Part shown: positions 42,925-57,021 of the stretch, piece after piece
How the letters are laid out: each line of letters opens with the position of its first letter
Numbering within the stretch: the first letter of the stretch is position 1
Notes under the pieces: generated by a model
Databases searched by the model: none
Told to the model about the DNA's origin: nothing
The model's input: only the letters and a program-made list of their open reading frames with translations
Made by a program: the position numbers and the translations under genes
DNA from: the human T2T-CHM13v2.0 reference genome, Homo sapiens
Length of the DNA stretch: 64,000 bases
NCBI RefSeq assembly: GCF_009914755.1
Contig: NC_060927.1
Reading direction: 5' to 3' (one strand)

Positions 42925-45900
42925 TCTTTTTAAAAATCTTTAAGAATTGGTACATATTATCTGTATATATTTATGGGGTATGTGTTATCTTGTCATATAC
43001 ATAGAATGTGTAATGATCAAGTCAGGGTATTTGTGGCACCCATTACCTTGAGCATTTACCATTTCTATGTATTGGGAACATTTCAAATTCTCTCTTCACA
43101 CTAGAAGCACCATATATTTTGAAATATATAATACATTGTTTTTAACTATAGTCACCCTACTCTGCTATTTGTTTCTACCTAACTGTATGTTTGTGCCCAT
43201 TAACCAACCTCTCTTCATCCACCCATCCACCTCCACACTGTTTCTATCCTCTAATAGCTATCATTCTACCCTCTACCTTCACAAGATCAAATTTTTTAGC
43301 TGCCACATATGACTTAGAAACATGTGAGATTCATCTTTCTGGACCTGGCTTATTTCAATTAACATAATGACCTCCTGTTCCATCCATGTTGCTGCAAATG
43401 ACATAATTTTATTCTTTTTATGGCCAAATAGTATCCCATTGTGTAGATATATACCAGATTTTCTTATCCATTCATCCATTGATGCATACTTAGGTTGATT
43501 CCATACATTGGCTATTGTGAGAAGTGCTGCAGTAAACATGGGAGTACAGGTATCCCTTTGATGTACTGATTTCTTTTCCTTTGGATAAATTCCCACTAGT
43601 GAGATTGCCAGATTATGTGGCATGTCTATTTTTAGATTTTTGAGAAATCTCTATACTGTTTTCCATAGTGACTGTACAAATTTACATTCTCACCAACAGT
43701 GTATAAGATTCCCCTTTTCTTCACATCTTTGTTACTTTTTATCTTTTAAGTAATAGCCATTCTCACACTAGAGTAAGATGATATCTCATTTGGTTTTGAT
43801 TTGCATTTCCCTGATGATTAGTGATGTTGAGCATTTTTTCATATACCTGTTGGGCATTTGTAGTCTTCTTTTGAGAAATGTCTATTCATGCCTTTTGTCC
43901 ACTTTTAACTGAGATTTTTTTTAAAAAAATTCTTTACTGTTGAATTCCTTGTACATTCTGGATACTAGTCCTTTGTTGGATAAATAGTTTGCAAATATTT
44001 TCTCCCATTCAGCAGGTCATCTCTCACTCTGGTGACTGTTTCCTTTGCTGAGCAGAAGCTTTTTTGTTTAATATAGTCCCATTTTCCTATTTTTGTTTTT
44101 GTTGCTTGTGCTTTTGAGGTCTTAGCAATAAAATCTTTGCCTAAACCAATGTCCAGAAGAGTTTCCTCTATATCTTCTTCTAAGTAGTTTTATAGTTTCA
44201 GGTCTTACATTTAAGCCTGTAATGTATCTTGAGTTTATTTTTGTAGCTGGTGGGAGACAGCAGTTCAGTTTCATTCTTCTGCACATGGGTATCCAATTTT
44301 CTCAGCACCATTTATTAAAGAGGGTGTATTTTCCCCAATGTATGTTATTGATGCCTTTGTTGAAAATTAGTTGGCTGAAAATATGTGGATTTATTTCCAG
44401 GTTCTCTATTCAGTTCCAGTGGTCTATGTGGCTGTTTTTATACCAATACTATGTCATTTTGATTATTATAGTCTTGTAAAATATTTTGAAGTCAGGTAGT
44501 GTGATGCCTCCAGCTTTGTTCTTTTTGCATATGATTGCTTTGGCTATTCAGGCTCTTTTGGGGTTCCATACAAAATTTAGTATTTAACAAATTTCTGTAA
44601 AAAATGATGTTGGTTGGTATTTTGATAGAAATTGCAAATAGGAACAATTTAATTTCCTTTTTTGCCAATGCGGATGTCTTTTATTTCTTTGTGTTGCCTG
44701 ATTGCTCTGGTTAAGACATCCAGTGCAATGCTGAATAGGAGTGGTGAAAGTGGACATCCTTCTCTTCTTCCAGTTCTTAGAGGAAAGGCTTTCAGTTTTT
44801 CCTCATTCAGTATGATGTCAGTGGTGGCTTTGTCATATATGGCCTTTATTATTTTGGAGCATATTCCTTCTATACCTAGTTTGTTGAGAGTTTTTATCAT
44901 GAAGCAGTGTTGAATTTTATCGAATGCTTTTTCTGTGAATATTGAGATAATCATATGGTTTTTGTCCTTCATTCTGTTGATGTAATGTATCCCATTGATT
45001 TGCATATGCTGAACCATCCTTGTATCCATGGCATAAATCCCACTTGATTGTGTTGTATTATTTTCTTTAATAGGCTGTGGATTCAGTTTGCCAGTATTTT
45101 GTATCTATATACATGAGGAATATCAGCCCACAGTTTTATTTTTATGGTGCATCTTTGTCAGCTTTTGGTATCAGAATAATGCTGGCCTCATATAATGGGT
45201 TAGGGAAAATTCCTTCTTCTTTGATTTTTGGAATAGTTTGAGGAAAGTTGGTGTAAGTTCTTCTTGGAAAGTTTGGTAGAATTCCACAGTGAATCCATCC
45301 AGTTCTGAGTTTTTCTTTCTTGGGAGACTTATTGAGTCAATCTCATTATTCATTATTGGTCAGTTCAGGTTTTCTATTTCTTCCTGATTCAATCTTGGTA
45401 GGTTTTATGTGTCCAGGAATTTATCCATTTTCTCTAGGTTTTCCAGTTTGCTAGTGTGTAGTTGCTTAAAATAGCATCTGATGATCTTTTGCATTTTTGC
45501 GGTACCAGTTGTAATGTCTCCATTTTAATTTCTAATTTTGTTTATTTTGCTCTTCTCTTTTTTTTCTTGGTTAGTCTAGGTAGTAGTTTGTCAATTTTGT
45601 TTACCTTTTAAAAAAACCTGCTTTTCATTTCATTGATTCTTTGCATTTTTAAGTCTCAATTTCATGTAGTCCTATTTCATTTTTATTCTTTCTTTTATTT
45701 TATTTTTTAACTAATTTGGGGTTTGGCTTATTCTTGCTTTATTTCTTGGGGTGCATTGTTAGACTGTTTATTTTAAATCTTTCTGTTTTGTGATGTAGGC
45801 ACTTATTTCTATAAATTTCCCTCTTAGCACTGCTTTTGCTGTATCCCATAAATTTTGGTATGTTGCCTTTTGATTTTCGTTTGTTTCAAGAAACTTTTAA

Positions 45901-46735
45901 ATTTCTCCTTTAATTTTTACGTTTGCCCAGTGGTCATTCAGGAGCATGATGTTTAATTTCCATGTATTTGTACAATTTTCAAAGTTTCTCTAGTTCTACT
46001 CCCTTGTGGGAATACTGAGTTCTAGTTTTTTTCTCTTGTGGTCTAAGAAGACACTTGAAATGATTTTGATTTTTTGAAATTTTTTGAGACATGTTTTGTG
46101 CCATAACATACAGTATATGCCAGAGAATGATCTGTGTGCTAATGAGAAGAATGTGTATTCAGGAGCTGTTGGATGAAATGTTCTCTAAATGCCTCTTAGG
46201 GGCTTTTGGTCTAAAGTCAGTTTAAATCCAATGTTTCTTCATTAATTTTCCATCTAGATGATCTGTTTATTGCTAAGAATGGGTTGCTGACGTCCTCAAC
46301 TATTATTGTATAGGAATCATTCTCTCCCTTTAGCTTAAATAATTGTTTTGCATATCTGGAGCTTTGGTGTTGGGTGCATTTATGTTTAGAATTGTTATAT
46401 CCTCTTGCTGAATTGATCTCTTTATCATTATATAATGACTTCTTTGTCTCTTTTTACTGTTTTTGATTTAAAGTCTGTTTTCTCTGGTGTAAGTACAGCT
46501 ACTTACACTTGCTTTTAGTTTTCATTTGCATGGAGTATCTTTTTTCCATCCCTTTACTTTCAATCTATATGTTTTCTTTGCAAGTGAGATGAGTTTCTTG
46601 CAGGCAGCATACAGTTGGGTCTGTAGGTGACATACAGTTGGATTGTGTTTTTTAATCCACTCAGCTGGTCTATATCTTTTAAATGGGAGGTTTAATCCAT
46701 TTAAATTCAGGGTAATTATTTATATGTGAGGACTT
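42925..46735 (-). mobile_element. L1MA-type LINE (3' UTR to the ORF2 5' end), decayed, with an internal deletion
   Basis: L1MA 3' UTR tgtgtaatgatcaagtcagggtattt; ORF2 remnants [21 protein letters not shown] and [10 protein letters not shown]. Confidence 0.88.
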
Positions 46736-46744
46736 AATTTCTTT

Positions 46745-47580
46745 TTAATTAGTCTTTTTCGTAGAGTATAATTTACATACTAAGTAATTCACCTATTCCA
46801 AATGTACATTTCAGTGAATTTTGACAAATATGTAGTCATGTAACCATTGCCATAATCATAATGCAGAACATTTTCATCATCTCAAACTTCCCTCTTGCCT
46901 TTGGTAATTAATCCCCCTCCTCAACCTAGTGTCTGGCAGTCATGAATCAGCTTTCTGTATGTGTGTATTATGTAATTTATAATTTCTGAATATAATTTTG
47001 AAATATTTTAGTAGCTCTCTCCCTTCATCATTTTTTATTGAGTAATGGCTCTCTAATCAGTTTTTTAACAGATTTAACATATTTATTTATTTAATTGTAA
47101 TAAGACACATATTTTAAATGCACCATTTAGTAGGTTTTAACATACTTATATACCCATTAAACCATCGCCACAATCAAGAGAGTGATCATACACATTGCCA
47201 AAAAGATCACTCATATCCTTTTGTAATCACTTTTTCCCATTTCTCCTCCTCACTCCCTATCCCCAGATAACTATTTATCTACTTTCTATAACTATTGTTT
47301 ACATTTTCTATAGTTTTATATAAATAGACTCTTACAGTGTGTGCTATTTTTTGGCTTGACTTCTTTCACTTGGCATAATTATTTTAAGACTTCCATATTT
47401 TAGGTGTTTCCATAGTTCATTCATTTTTACTGCTGAGTAGTATTCCATTGTATGTATATACCACAGTTTGTTTATCCATTCAATTATCCGTGGACATTTG
47501 GGTTGTTTCCACTCTAGCTATTGCAAACAACCAACAAAATTTACATACAAGTATTTGAATGGGTATATGCTTTCATTTAG
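46745..47580 (-). mobile_element. Old L1MB/ME 3' fragments
   Basis: tttcagtgaattttgacaaat...gtaaccattgccataatca; actgctgagtagtattccattgtatgtatataccacagtttgtttatccattc. Confidence 0.75.
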
Positions 47581-48639
47581 ATTTTTTGAAGCCAGACAAA
47601 ATCAGAGAGTAGCTACTCAATGATTACATCATATGAAATTCTAGAAAATGCAGGAACTAATAAATGGTTGCTGAAATACTGTTCACCCAAGGTGAGGATT
47701 AACTGATGCTCCTGAACTGACCTCAAGTTAAGAGATGTGTAGACAGCCTCATTGGCCTGATTTTCATCTCTTTATAAAGTTACTACACAGAACCTATGCA
47801 GTGGACTTATCCTAGATTTGAAGGGGAAGCTGGCATTTGAATTAGGGGTTTTGTGCAGAAGACGAAATGGGATTACAGACATCATATTTAAGTTTACTGA
47901 GTATTTGCAACATAAGAGCCTACATGTAACAAAGTTAAATGTGAATGGAAAATAAGACCAGGATGAAAATAGATTTTGAATCTGGGACTGACTTTATCTA
48001 ACTGAAACATCTCTTTGTAATGTTCTGAACTGGCAAATCCATCTCAGAGGCAGCCACATATATGACAAATCATTTCTTGATGAACTGGTCCCATACACGG
48101 TCTCCTTCAGACAAGACCTCACACTTGGGATACAATTTACCACCCCATTCACATCCCCCCATAAAGTTATTTTCAAGAATTCTGAATTCAGAATTTTAAT
48201 TTAGTTATCTTTTTAGTTTGAAGTAAATTCAAGTTTTCTAAAACCATCACAGCAAGAGCAAGATTATTGCCTAGGCCATGCTTCAAACTTGTCTAAGGAT
48301 CAGTAAAACCTGGAAGACCCTAAATAACTATTTAAAGTATTTAAAAGAGCTTTAAAGAGCTTCTCTGCTTACTATGTGAACACCACTCAGATTTAGTTAT
48401 AAACCAAGGGTCTTACCTGAGAAAAGAATGAGGTCTAGAAAGTGGATATGTGTACAATCGAGTGATTTGGGTTTCGGTAGGGGTTGGAATAGAACAGAAT
48501 TGTGGAAGTATGTTTATCCTCTTTAGAACCTGGAGGCAAATAGTGAAGGGATAAAGAAACTTCAGAATGTAAACAAATATGAGACCGGGTTTTTACATTA
48601 ACTCAGGCTATGAACACAGGATCTATCTTAGAGAAATCT

Positions 48640-48965
48640 GTGTGTGAAAGTCATTAGGGATGTTCCCTCTGGGAATATCAGTGGTTTGTATTTCTTTACC
48701 CACTTGAAATTAGCTGTGGCCCTGCAGTTTGCCTTGCTGAGTGAGATATGAACAGAAGCATTAAGAATCAGTGTGTTCTTTGCTATATCTGCTTTTCCAT
48801 CTGGCATAGTGAATAGCAATATTTACAATGTGGCTGCTTCATAAGCCTGAGTTCCTGCCAATCTACAATGACATGTAAGTGAGCAAAACCCTTTGTTTTT
48901 TTAAGCCACTGGGATTTTGGGGGATGTTTGTTATTGTGTATGCTTAACCTGTCCTGACTAATACA
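48640..48965 (+). mobile_element. MLT1 (J/K/L-like) LTR
   Basis: cccacttgaaattagctgtggcc...ttaagccactgggattttggggg...tcctgactaataca. Confidence 0.7.
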
Positions 48966-49359
48966 TTAGAAGAGCCAAATGACTGAAGTATTTAAACATA
49001 AGATATATTTGGAATTAAAATGGGCCTTGGGAACAAGATATTTAGGAAAGAGCTGATGCAATGGCTAAATCACAAATGAGCAACATAGGTGTTTACTACG
49101 CCAGGAGAAAAGACCACAGGAACACTAGCCAGGAATACTCTGGCAACATGGTACACTGAGGATGAAAGGATGGCAGAAGAGTAAGATGAACTATTTTCTA
49201 CCCTCTCCTTTGTCACATAGCCACAGGACCCATTTCTGAGGAAAAGAGATGGAAAAGAAAGAGGCAGAAGAATTTCCCAATTGACTGAGCTTAAATCTAG
49301 AATCATTTGATTAATTACCTGAAATAGACTGAATTACATTTAATTGACAAAGAAAAAAT

Positions 49360-49900
49360 TTGCCTCATTATCACTGGGAATGGGAGAATACAGCATCATC
49401 TTCTGTCCACCCTTCTGTGGTGTTTCTGACAAAAATGCTTATATCATGAAGTAATATCAGGAAAACTCCAAGGAACTTGTCTGTGCTTTTAAAAAACATC
49501 AACTTCATTCAGTCAAGAAAAGTGTAAGCAAATATTCCAGACAAAAGAGACATGACAACTAGTTGCACCAGGTATCCTGGATTGGATTCTAGACCCATAA
49601 ACAACATCACAACATTACAATATTAGCAAATGTGAATGGGATCTGTGGATTAGATAATACTGGATTAATATTAATTTCTTGATTTTGATGGTTATATTGT
49701 GGCTTTCTGAGAAAGATTTCAGAAAATATACCCTAAAAATTAAGAAGTATTTCTTCTTTATGTTTAAAACTTATTCTCTAGGGTTTAGAAATGTTGTCAA
49801 TTAGGAAATCTGGTTGAAGGGTATATAAGAGCTCCTTGTGTTATTTTTTCAAGTTTCATGTATTTAAAATTATTTAAAATAAAAAGGTTAAAACATACAA
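49360..49900 (+). mobile_element. L1MC/ME 3' region
   Basis: agagacatgacaacta...atcctggattggattctagac...ttaatttcttgattttgatggttatattgtgg...aaattatttaaaataaaaag. Confidence 0.7.
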
Positions 49901-50109
49901 AAGCAAATAAAAATTAAATAAATTAAAAAGTTAATAAAATTATTGTCTAAATAACATAAATATATAGCTAACAAACTCAACTCTATACTAAAAAGCAGAG
50001 AATATACATTTTTTCAAGAATATTTGCAACAATTCACTATACAGTAGTGTCTTTAACACTAACATTTATTGATAAGAACAAAATGAAAATAAATGTATAT
50101 AGCATTTAT

Positions 50110-51015
50110 AGCCATCAGGACATAAGTTATTTTGCTATAATAAATAATGGCAAAACATCTGAAGGACTGAAGATAACAAAAGTTTTTCTTCATTCTATTC
50201 ATTCATAGTCATTCAGGTCAATGGAGGCTTGCATGATCACCAGAGGAGAGGAATAAGGACATGGAAAAGTGTGCACTGGCGCTTACCCCTTCTCCATCAA
50301 AGGGTGAGACACATCACTTCTACTCATATCTCATTGCGCAAGGCAAATCTTATTTCCATATTGAGTTATGGAGAGAAGCAGTTCTATCATAATCCCAGAA
50401 GGAGCATATTTTAAGCAATCCTAATGCTACATGCAGAAATCAACTCCAAAAGTTAGCAAAAGAATAACAGTAAGAACAAAAATTAAATAAAGCAGACTGA
50501 TACGATTAAAAAACAAAACAAATAATAAAAATCAGTACATATCCTTACAATGTTGCAAACTGTAAGTCCCTCGTAAATCTAATTTCCCTTTCTTTCATAG
50601 CAATAGGGTATATGGCAGTCTTGCAGAGATCACAATTTCCAGTATTTCCTGTGGCTCTGCAGGCCACTTGATTAAACTCTCACTAATGAGTGTGAACAGA
50701 AATGCTGGGTGCTCATTCTATGTCACTTACTTTAAAGAAAACGTATGGCCTTGGGTTTTCTTTCTTTTCTCTTTTCCATTCTGGAATGCAGACCTGGTGA
50801 TGATCCCACTTTGGCTATACAGATGAAGAAAATACCCTTGGAGTGGATGAGGTTTCTGGAGAAGAAACCTGGGATCTTGGATGACTTTGAGAAACAGGGT
50901 GACTAACCTGGACTAGCTGGACTGTTGTATGAAGAGGAACAAAACTTCTACCTGGTTTACACCACTGTACTTTGGGGTCTTTTCCTTATATCAGCTTAAC
51001 CTTTGCCCTAATTAA
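50110..51015. mobile_element. Two old MLT1-type LTR fragments (minus ~50110-50430; plus ~50550-51015)
   Basis: gacacatcacttctactcatatctcattg; aagaaacctgggatcttggatgac...accactgtactttggggtct. Confidence 0.55.
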
Positions 51016-51029
51016 AATTACATATAAAG

Positions 51030-53230
51030 GCCAGTCTGTTAAAAAGGGCTATGAAATAGATGAAGGTAGGTAACAGTCAAGTAAACAAGAGCCAGCACAA
51101 AATTAGAAGCAAGGGCAGGGAAGTATCCTCAAATAATGAATTAACTGGACATATAACATATACTTTCTTTGACACTATGCAAAATGATGATTTTTCTATA
51201 AAAATAGAAATTTCCAAAATCTACCTCAAAGAAAATATATGACTGAAATTGTTTCAGAGGTGAATGCAGTAGAATAATCAAGACAAACAAAATTCTAATA
51301 CTATGCACACTGTCCCAAACCATAATGAGAGAAATAACTCTTCTAAATTCTGTCTGCAAAAATGAGCATAATTTTGACAGTAGAACTTGACCCAGATGGC
51401 ACAAAAATAGAAAATTACATATCTGTCTAACCAGAATGTCATTATAAAAATCACAAAATATTACTTGCCTACTAACAAATACCATCCAATAGCACAATAT
51501 AGACTATATCACAATACAAGAATAATTTGCTACTATGAAACATTTTAATAGAATTATCTACATTAGTGGAGAAAAGGAGAAAATTTAAGATCAAAGGATT
51601 TTTTTAACAAAACATAACATACATTCCTGATTTTAAATGTCTTATTATACCAAAATTAATAGAAACTTTCTTATTGTAATTTTATATATACAGAAGTATG
51701 GTTCATTTTATATAGAGTGTTATAGTTAATTTCACTAGAAGCATATTTCCATTAGAGTAGAAATGCCCCCATCAACATTTCTATATAGCATTGTTCTGGA
51801 AATTCAGGCAAATGCAATTTAGCAAGAGAAGGAGTAAGTGCTATAGTATTTAAAAATGAGGAGACAAAATAATTATTTTTAGCATGTGATATGCCTTTTA
51901 ACCTGGAAAACCCAGGAGAATCAACTGAAAAATACTTCATAGAAAACAGACAATTCAGTTAAGTGCCTGGTTGCAATATTAAACAGAAAAAATAGCTTTT
52001 CAGGGGACAAGCAAGCTCTAAACACAGACGGAAAATATGTTATTTAAATAGCACCAAGAAATTTAAAATACTGAAGAAAAATTTTGAGTATTGTTTCATC
52101 TTTCTACGAAGAAAAATTTTCAGCTTTGTTGAGAGATGCAAGAGAGTTGACTGAAAGATCTACTATATTCTTGCTTAGGAGGACTAGATAGGATATCAAT
52201 GTTAATTCTTTCAGAATTATTCTATAATTTCAATAAAAATTCAATAAAAAGCAAATGATTTTTCTTTTAGATAAAAGTATTCAAAATTTCAGATGAAAAT
52301 ATAAATATTTGAGGGTAACCAGAACAAATCTGTAAAAAAATAATATGAAGGGGCACTATACCAAATAATAAACATATGATAAACTTACAGTAATTAAAAC
52401 AATCTGGTACTGGCACAAGAATAAACAGATTATTGGAAAAGAGAGATCAGAAATAGGTCCAAGTTCATATGGGATTTTAATTTATGAAATGTGGCATTGC
52501 CATTCAGTGGAATAATGATACATTAATCAGCAAATGATGTTGTGGCAACTGGCTAGCCATTTGGAACAAAATAAACCTTGATCACTACCTCATTTATTAC
52601 ATCAAAATGAATTACTTGGATCACAGTTTTAAATATAAAATATTAAATCATAAAAGTAACAGTAAACAACAGGAGGAAATTTATTTGTGACACTTGGTGC
52701 AGCCTTACTTATAATTATGAAAATATGCATTGAAATGACAAGATACCATGTTTTGTCTATCAAATCAAAAATTTAAAATATATTTTTAAATATTATAGTT
52801 GGAAAATAAATATTTTCACAGCTAGTAGTGAGATTGCAAATCAATGCAAGCTCTTTGGAGGGAAATTTGACAATTTAACCCAGCAATTCCATGTCTAAGA
52901 ATTTAACTTTCAGATGTACTTGCAAATTGTGTAAATATGTATTCACAAGAATGTTTACTTCTGCATTGTCAGTAAAAGCAAAACACAAAACAAAGCAAAA
53001 AACCCAAACGTCCCTCTCCCCCAAAGAAACAACAGAAAGGAAACAGCTTAAATGTCTTTTACCACATGACTGGCAAATCAAGTATAGTAAGTCTTTACAA
53101 AGGAATGCTATGCAGCCATAAAAAAGACTGTGGCAGACCTGTATGTGCTAACAAACAATATTTAAGTTTTATTGTTAAGAGAGAAATGAAAAAGACATGT
53201 AGAGCATGGTATGGTCATGTGATTTAAGTA
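51030..53230 (+). mobile_element. Highly decayed L1ME-type ORF2/3' region
   Basis: A-rich; acagtaattaaaacaatctggtactggcacaagaataaacagat; tttaacccagcaattcc...ctaagaattt. Confidence 0.7.
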
Positions 53231-53259
53231 TATAAATTTAAACATATATCACAGGTTTA

Positions 53260-53262
<3 letters not shown>

Positions 53263-53295
<33 letters not shown>

Positions 53296-53356
53296 GTCTT
53301 TAATTGTATATATGTATCTTATGTAATTTATGTATATATAAAATATACATATATAT
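53263..53356. repeat. (TA)n microsatellite and AT-rich low-complexity tract
   Basis: Pure TA run 53264-53293 followed by degenerate TA. Confidence 0.9.
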
Positions 53357-54112
53357 GCCTTTATACTCAGGCCACACCAGACTTCCTACTGTTCTGCCAA
53401 TGCTCCAGCACATTCCTGCCTCAGAACTTTGCCCTGGGCACCTGGCTCCTGTGTATCTTCATGGTTTACTTTCTCCTCTCCTTACATGTTTGCTCAGATG
53501 TCACCCTCTCAGTGAGGCTGAACCTGACTACCCTACTTAAAATTACAATCCCTCAAGACCCTTTAATCTGCTGTGCTGTTTCTCTCCTTCTTTCAATTAC
53601 CTATTTATCCTACTTGCTTACTTTTTCTGTGGGGTTGTTTTTCTTCTCTGTGTTAATTTATAATAAATCTTTTCATACTCCGGAAGCTAATCACTTATTT
53701 TTATATCAATGGCAGATGTTTTCTCCTAGCCAGTGGCTTGTTTTATAAAGTGTTTTTAGTTTATTTTATCACACACAGGGGTTTTTTTTTTTTTTTTGCT
53801 TTAACATGTTCAAGTTTATCAACATTTTTATGGTTTGTGCTTTTTGTGTCCTATTTAAGATATCTTTTCCTAATGTCATGAAGACATTGTTCCATATTTC
53901 TTCTGAAAGTTTAAAATTTTTTTTATGCTTATGTCTTTAATCCATCTAAAATCTGTTTGTGGTGTGAGATGCAGATCTAATTTTATCTTTTCAAACGGTC
54001 AGTTTTCTTAGCCCTATTTATTTGGTAGTCCATTCTGTTCCTGCTGATTTGTTCTGCCACCTTTGCCATATACCAAATTTCCATGTATGAAAACATTTTA
54101 TTATGGGCTCCA

Positions 54113-54340
54113 TATGATGCACTAGTTAAGAGCATGAACTCTGAAGCCAGACTGTCTATGTCTGAATCCCAACTTCATTGCTTACTAGCTACATGACCTT
54201 GGACAAATTACTTAACCTCTCTGAGCTTCCTTTATCTCATCAGTAAAATGAGGATAATAATAGTGCTTACTTCATAGGGCTGTTTTAAGGTTTAAATGAG
54301 CTAATATTTGTAAAGTGCTTAGAACACATAGTAAGTACTA
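54113..54340 (+). mobile_element. MIR SINE within old L1M fragments
   Basis: gttaagagcatgaactctgaagccagactg...gaccttggacaaattacttaacctctctgagc...gtaaaatgaggataataatag. Confidence 0.9.
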
Positions 54341-57021
54341 CATATAGTGTAGTATAAGTACTACCTATAGTGTAATATATACATATGTTTGTATGTTGTT
54401 TGTTAAGTAAAAATATGTATTTCAGAATAAGCTTATGAAGAACTCTATTTAGATCTTGATTATACACTCATTTGGGAGTACCATCTTTACAATATTAAAT
54501 CTTCCCATCCATGTACATGGTAAAGGCTTTGATTAACTAGGGTTTTCTTTTACTTGCTTCATTAAAGATGTGCAGCCTTTTCCATGGTCTTGTGCACATT
54601 GATTAGATCTATCCCTGGGTACTCTGTAGTTTTTGATGCTGGTATAAATAGACATTGTGTAACAATGTTACTGTTCTTGAAATCATCAACCTTGCTGACC
54701 ACTTTACTGGTTCTAATATTTGTAGATGCTCTTGGATTTTCTACATACGCAATCTTTTCTTCTGTGTGTAATGAATTATTTCTTTCTTTCTGGTTCTCTC
54801 TCTTTTGCTTCTTTCTTGTCTGATTATCATATATATTATTTATTTATTTCAATAGTGTTGAGGGTACAAGTGGTTTTTGGTTACATGGATGAATTGTGTA
54901 GTGGTAAAGTCTGAGATTGTAGAGCACCTGTCACCTGAGTAGTGTGCATTGTACCCAATATGTAGCTTTTTAATCCCTCACCCTTTCTTCACACTCTTGT
55001 TGGACACTTTTCAAAAGTCCATTATATCACTCTGTATGCCATTTCATACCCACAGCTTAGCTCCCACTTATAAGTGAGAACATACAGTATTTGGTTTTCC
55101 AATTTTTAGTTTTTTCATGTAGAATAACGGCTTCCACCTCCATCCAAGTTGCTGCAAAAGAACTTATTTCATTCTTTTTTATGGTAGAGTAGTATTCCAT
55201 GATGTATACATACCACATTTCCTTTATCCACTTGATGGGCACTTAGGTTGGTTCTGTATCTTTGCAATTGTGAATTGTACTGGGATAAACATGCCCACAG
55301 TGTTTTTTATTTTAATATAATGACTTACTTTCCTTTGGATAGACACCCAGTAGTGGGATTGCTGGATCAAATGGTAGGTCTACTTTTAGTTCTTTGAGAA
55401 ATCTCCATACTGTTTTCCATAGAGGTTGTTAACAATTTACATTCCCACCAGCAGCGTGTAAGCATTCCTTTTTCACCACATCATACCAACATCTAGTGTT
55501 TTTTGACATTTTAATACTGGCCATTTGTCTGGGGTAAGGTGGTATCTCATTGTGGTTTTAATTTGCATTTCCCTGATTATTAGTGATGTCAATTGAGCAT
55601 TCTTATATGGCTTTTGGCCATTTGCATATGTTCTTTTGAGAAATGTCTGTTCATGTCATTTGCTCGCTTTTCGATGGGATTATGCAGAGTTTTTTCTTGA
55701 TGATTTGTTTGAGCTCCTTGTGGATTCTGGATATTAGTCCTTTCTCAGATGCATAGTTCAAGAATATTTTTCCCCATCCTGTGGGTTGTCTGTTTACTCT
55801 GATGATCTGATTTTTTTTTTTGTACAGAAGCTTGTGAATTTAATTAGGTCCCATTTATTTATTTTTATTTTTGTTGCATTTGCTTTTGAGATCTTAGTCA
55901 TAAATTACTTGTCTAGGCCAATGTCCAGAAGAGTTTTTCCTAGGTTTTCTTCTAGAATTTTTACGGTTTCAGGTCTTATATTTAAGCCTTTAACCCATCT
56001 TGAGTTGATTTTTGTATATGGTGAAAGATAGAGAACCAATTTTATTCTTCCACATGTGGCTTGCCAATTATTTCAGCACCATTTGCTGAATATGGTGTCC
56101 TTTTGCCAATTTAGGCTTTTGTATGCTTTGTCAAAGATCAGTTCATTGGAAGTATTTGACTTTATTTCTGGGTTCTCTATTCTGTTCCATTGGTCTATGT
56201 ATCTATTTTTATACTATTGCTATGCTGTTTTGGTTCCTATATCCTTGTAATATAATTTGAAATTGAAAAATGTGATGCATCCAGCTTTGTTCTTTTTGCC
56301 TAGGATTACTTTAGCTTTTTGGGATCTTTTTTGGTTCCATAAGAATTTCAATTTTTTTTCTAATTCTGTGAAAACTGATGTTGGCATTTTGATTGGAATT
56401 GCATTGAATCTGCAGATTGCTTTGGGCAGTATAGCCATTTTTAAGATATTGATTCTTCCATTCTATGAACATGGGATATATTTCCATTTGTGACATTTAT
56501 GATTTCTTTCAGCAGTGTTTTGTAGTTCTCCTTGTAGAGATCTTTCAGCATTTTGGTTAAGTATATTCCTAGGTATTTTTGTTGTTGTTGTTGTTGCAGC
56601 TATTGTAAAAGGGGTTGAGTTCTTGATTTGATTTTCATCTTGGGCATTGTTGGTGGATAGCAGTGCTATGGATTTGTGTACATTGATTTTATAACTGAGA
56701 CTTTACTAAATTTATTTATCAAATTTAGGAATCTTTTGGAGGACTCTTTAGGTTTTCCCAGGTATGCAGTCATATCATTGGCAAACAACAATAGTTTGAC
56801 TTTCTCTTTTCCAATATGGATGCCCTTTATTTCTTTCTCTTACTTGATTGCTCTGGCTAGGACCTCAAGTAATCTGTTGAATAGAAGTGGTGAAAGTGTG
56901 CATCCTTGCATTGTTCCAGGTCTCACGGGGAATGCTTTCAACTTTTTTCCATCCAGTCTGTTGTTGGTTTTAGATTTGTCATATATGATTTTCATTATTT
57001 TGAAGTATGTTCTTTCTATGA

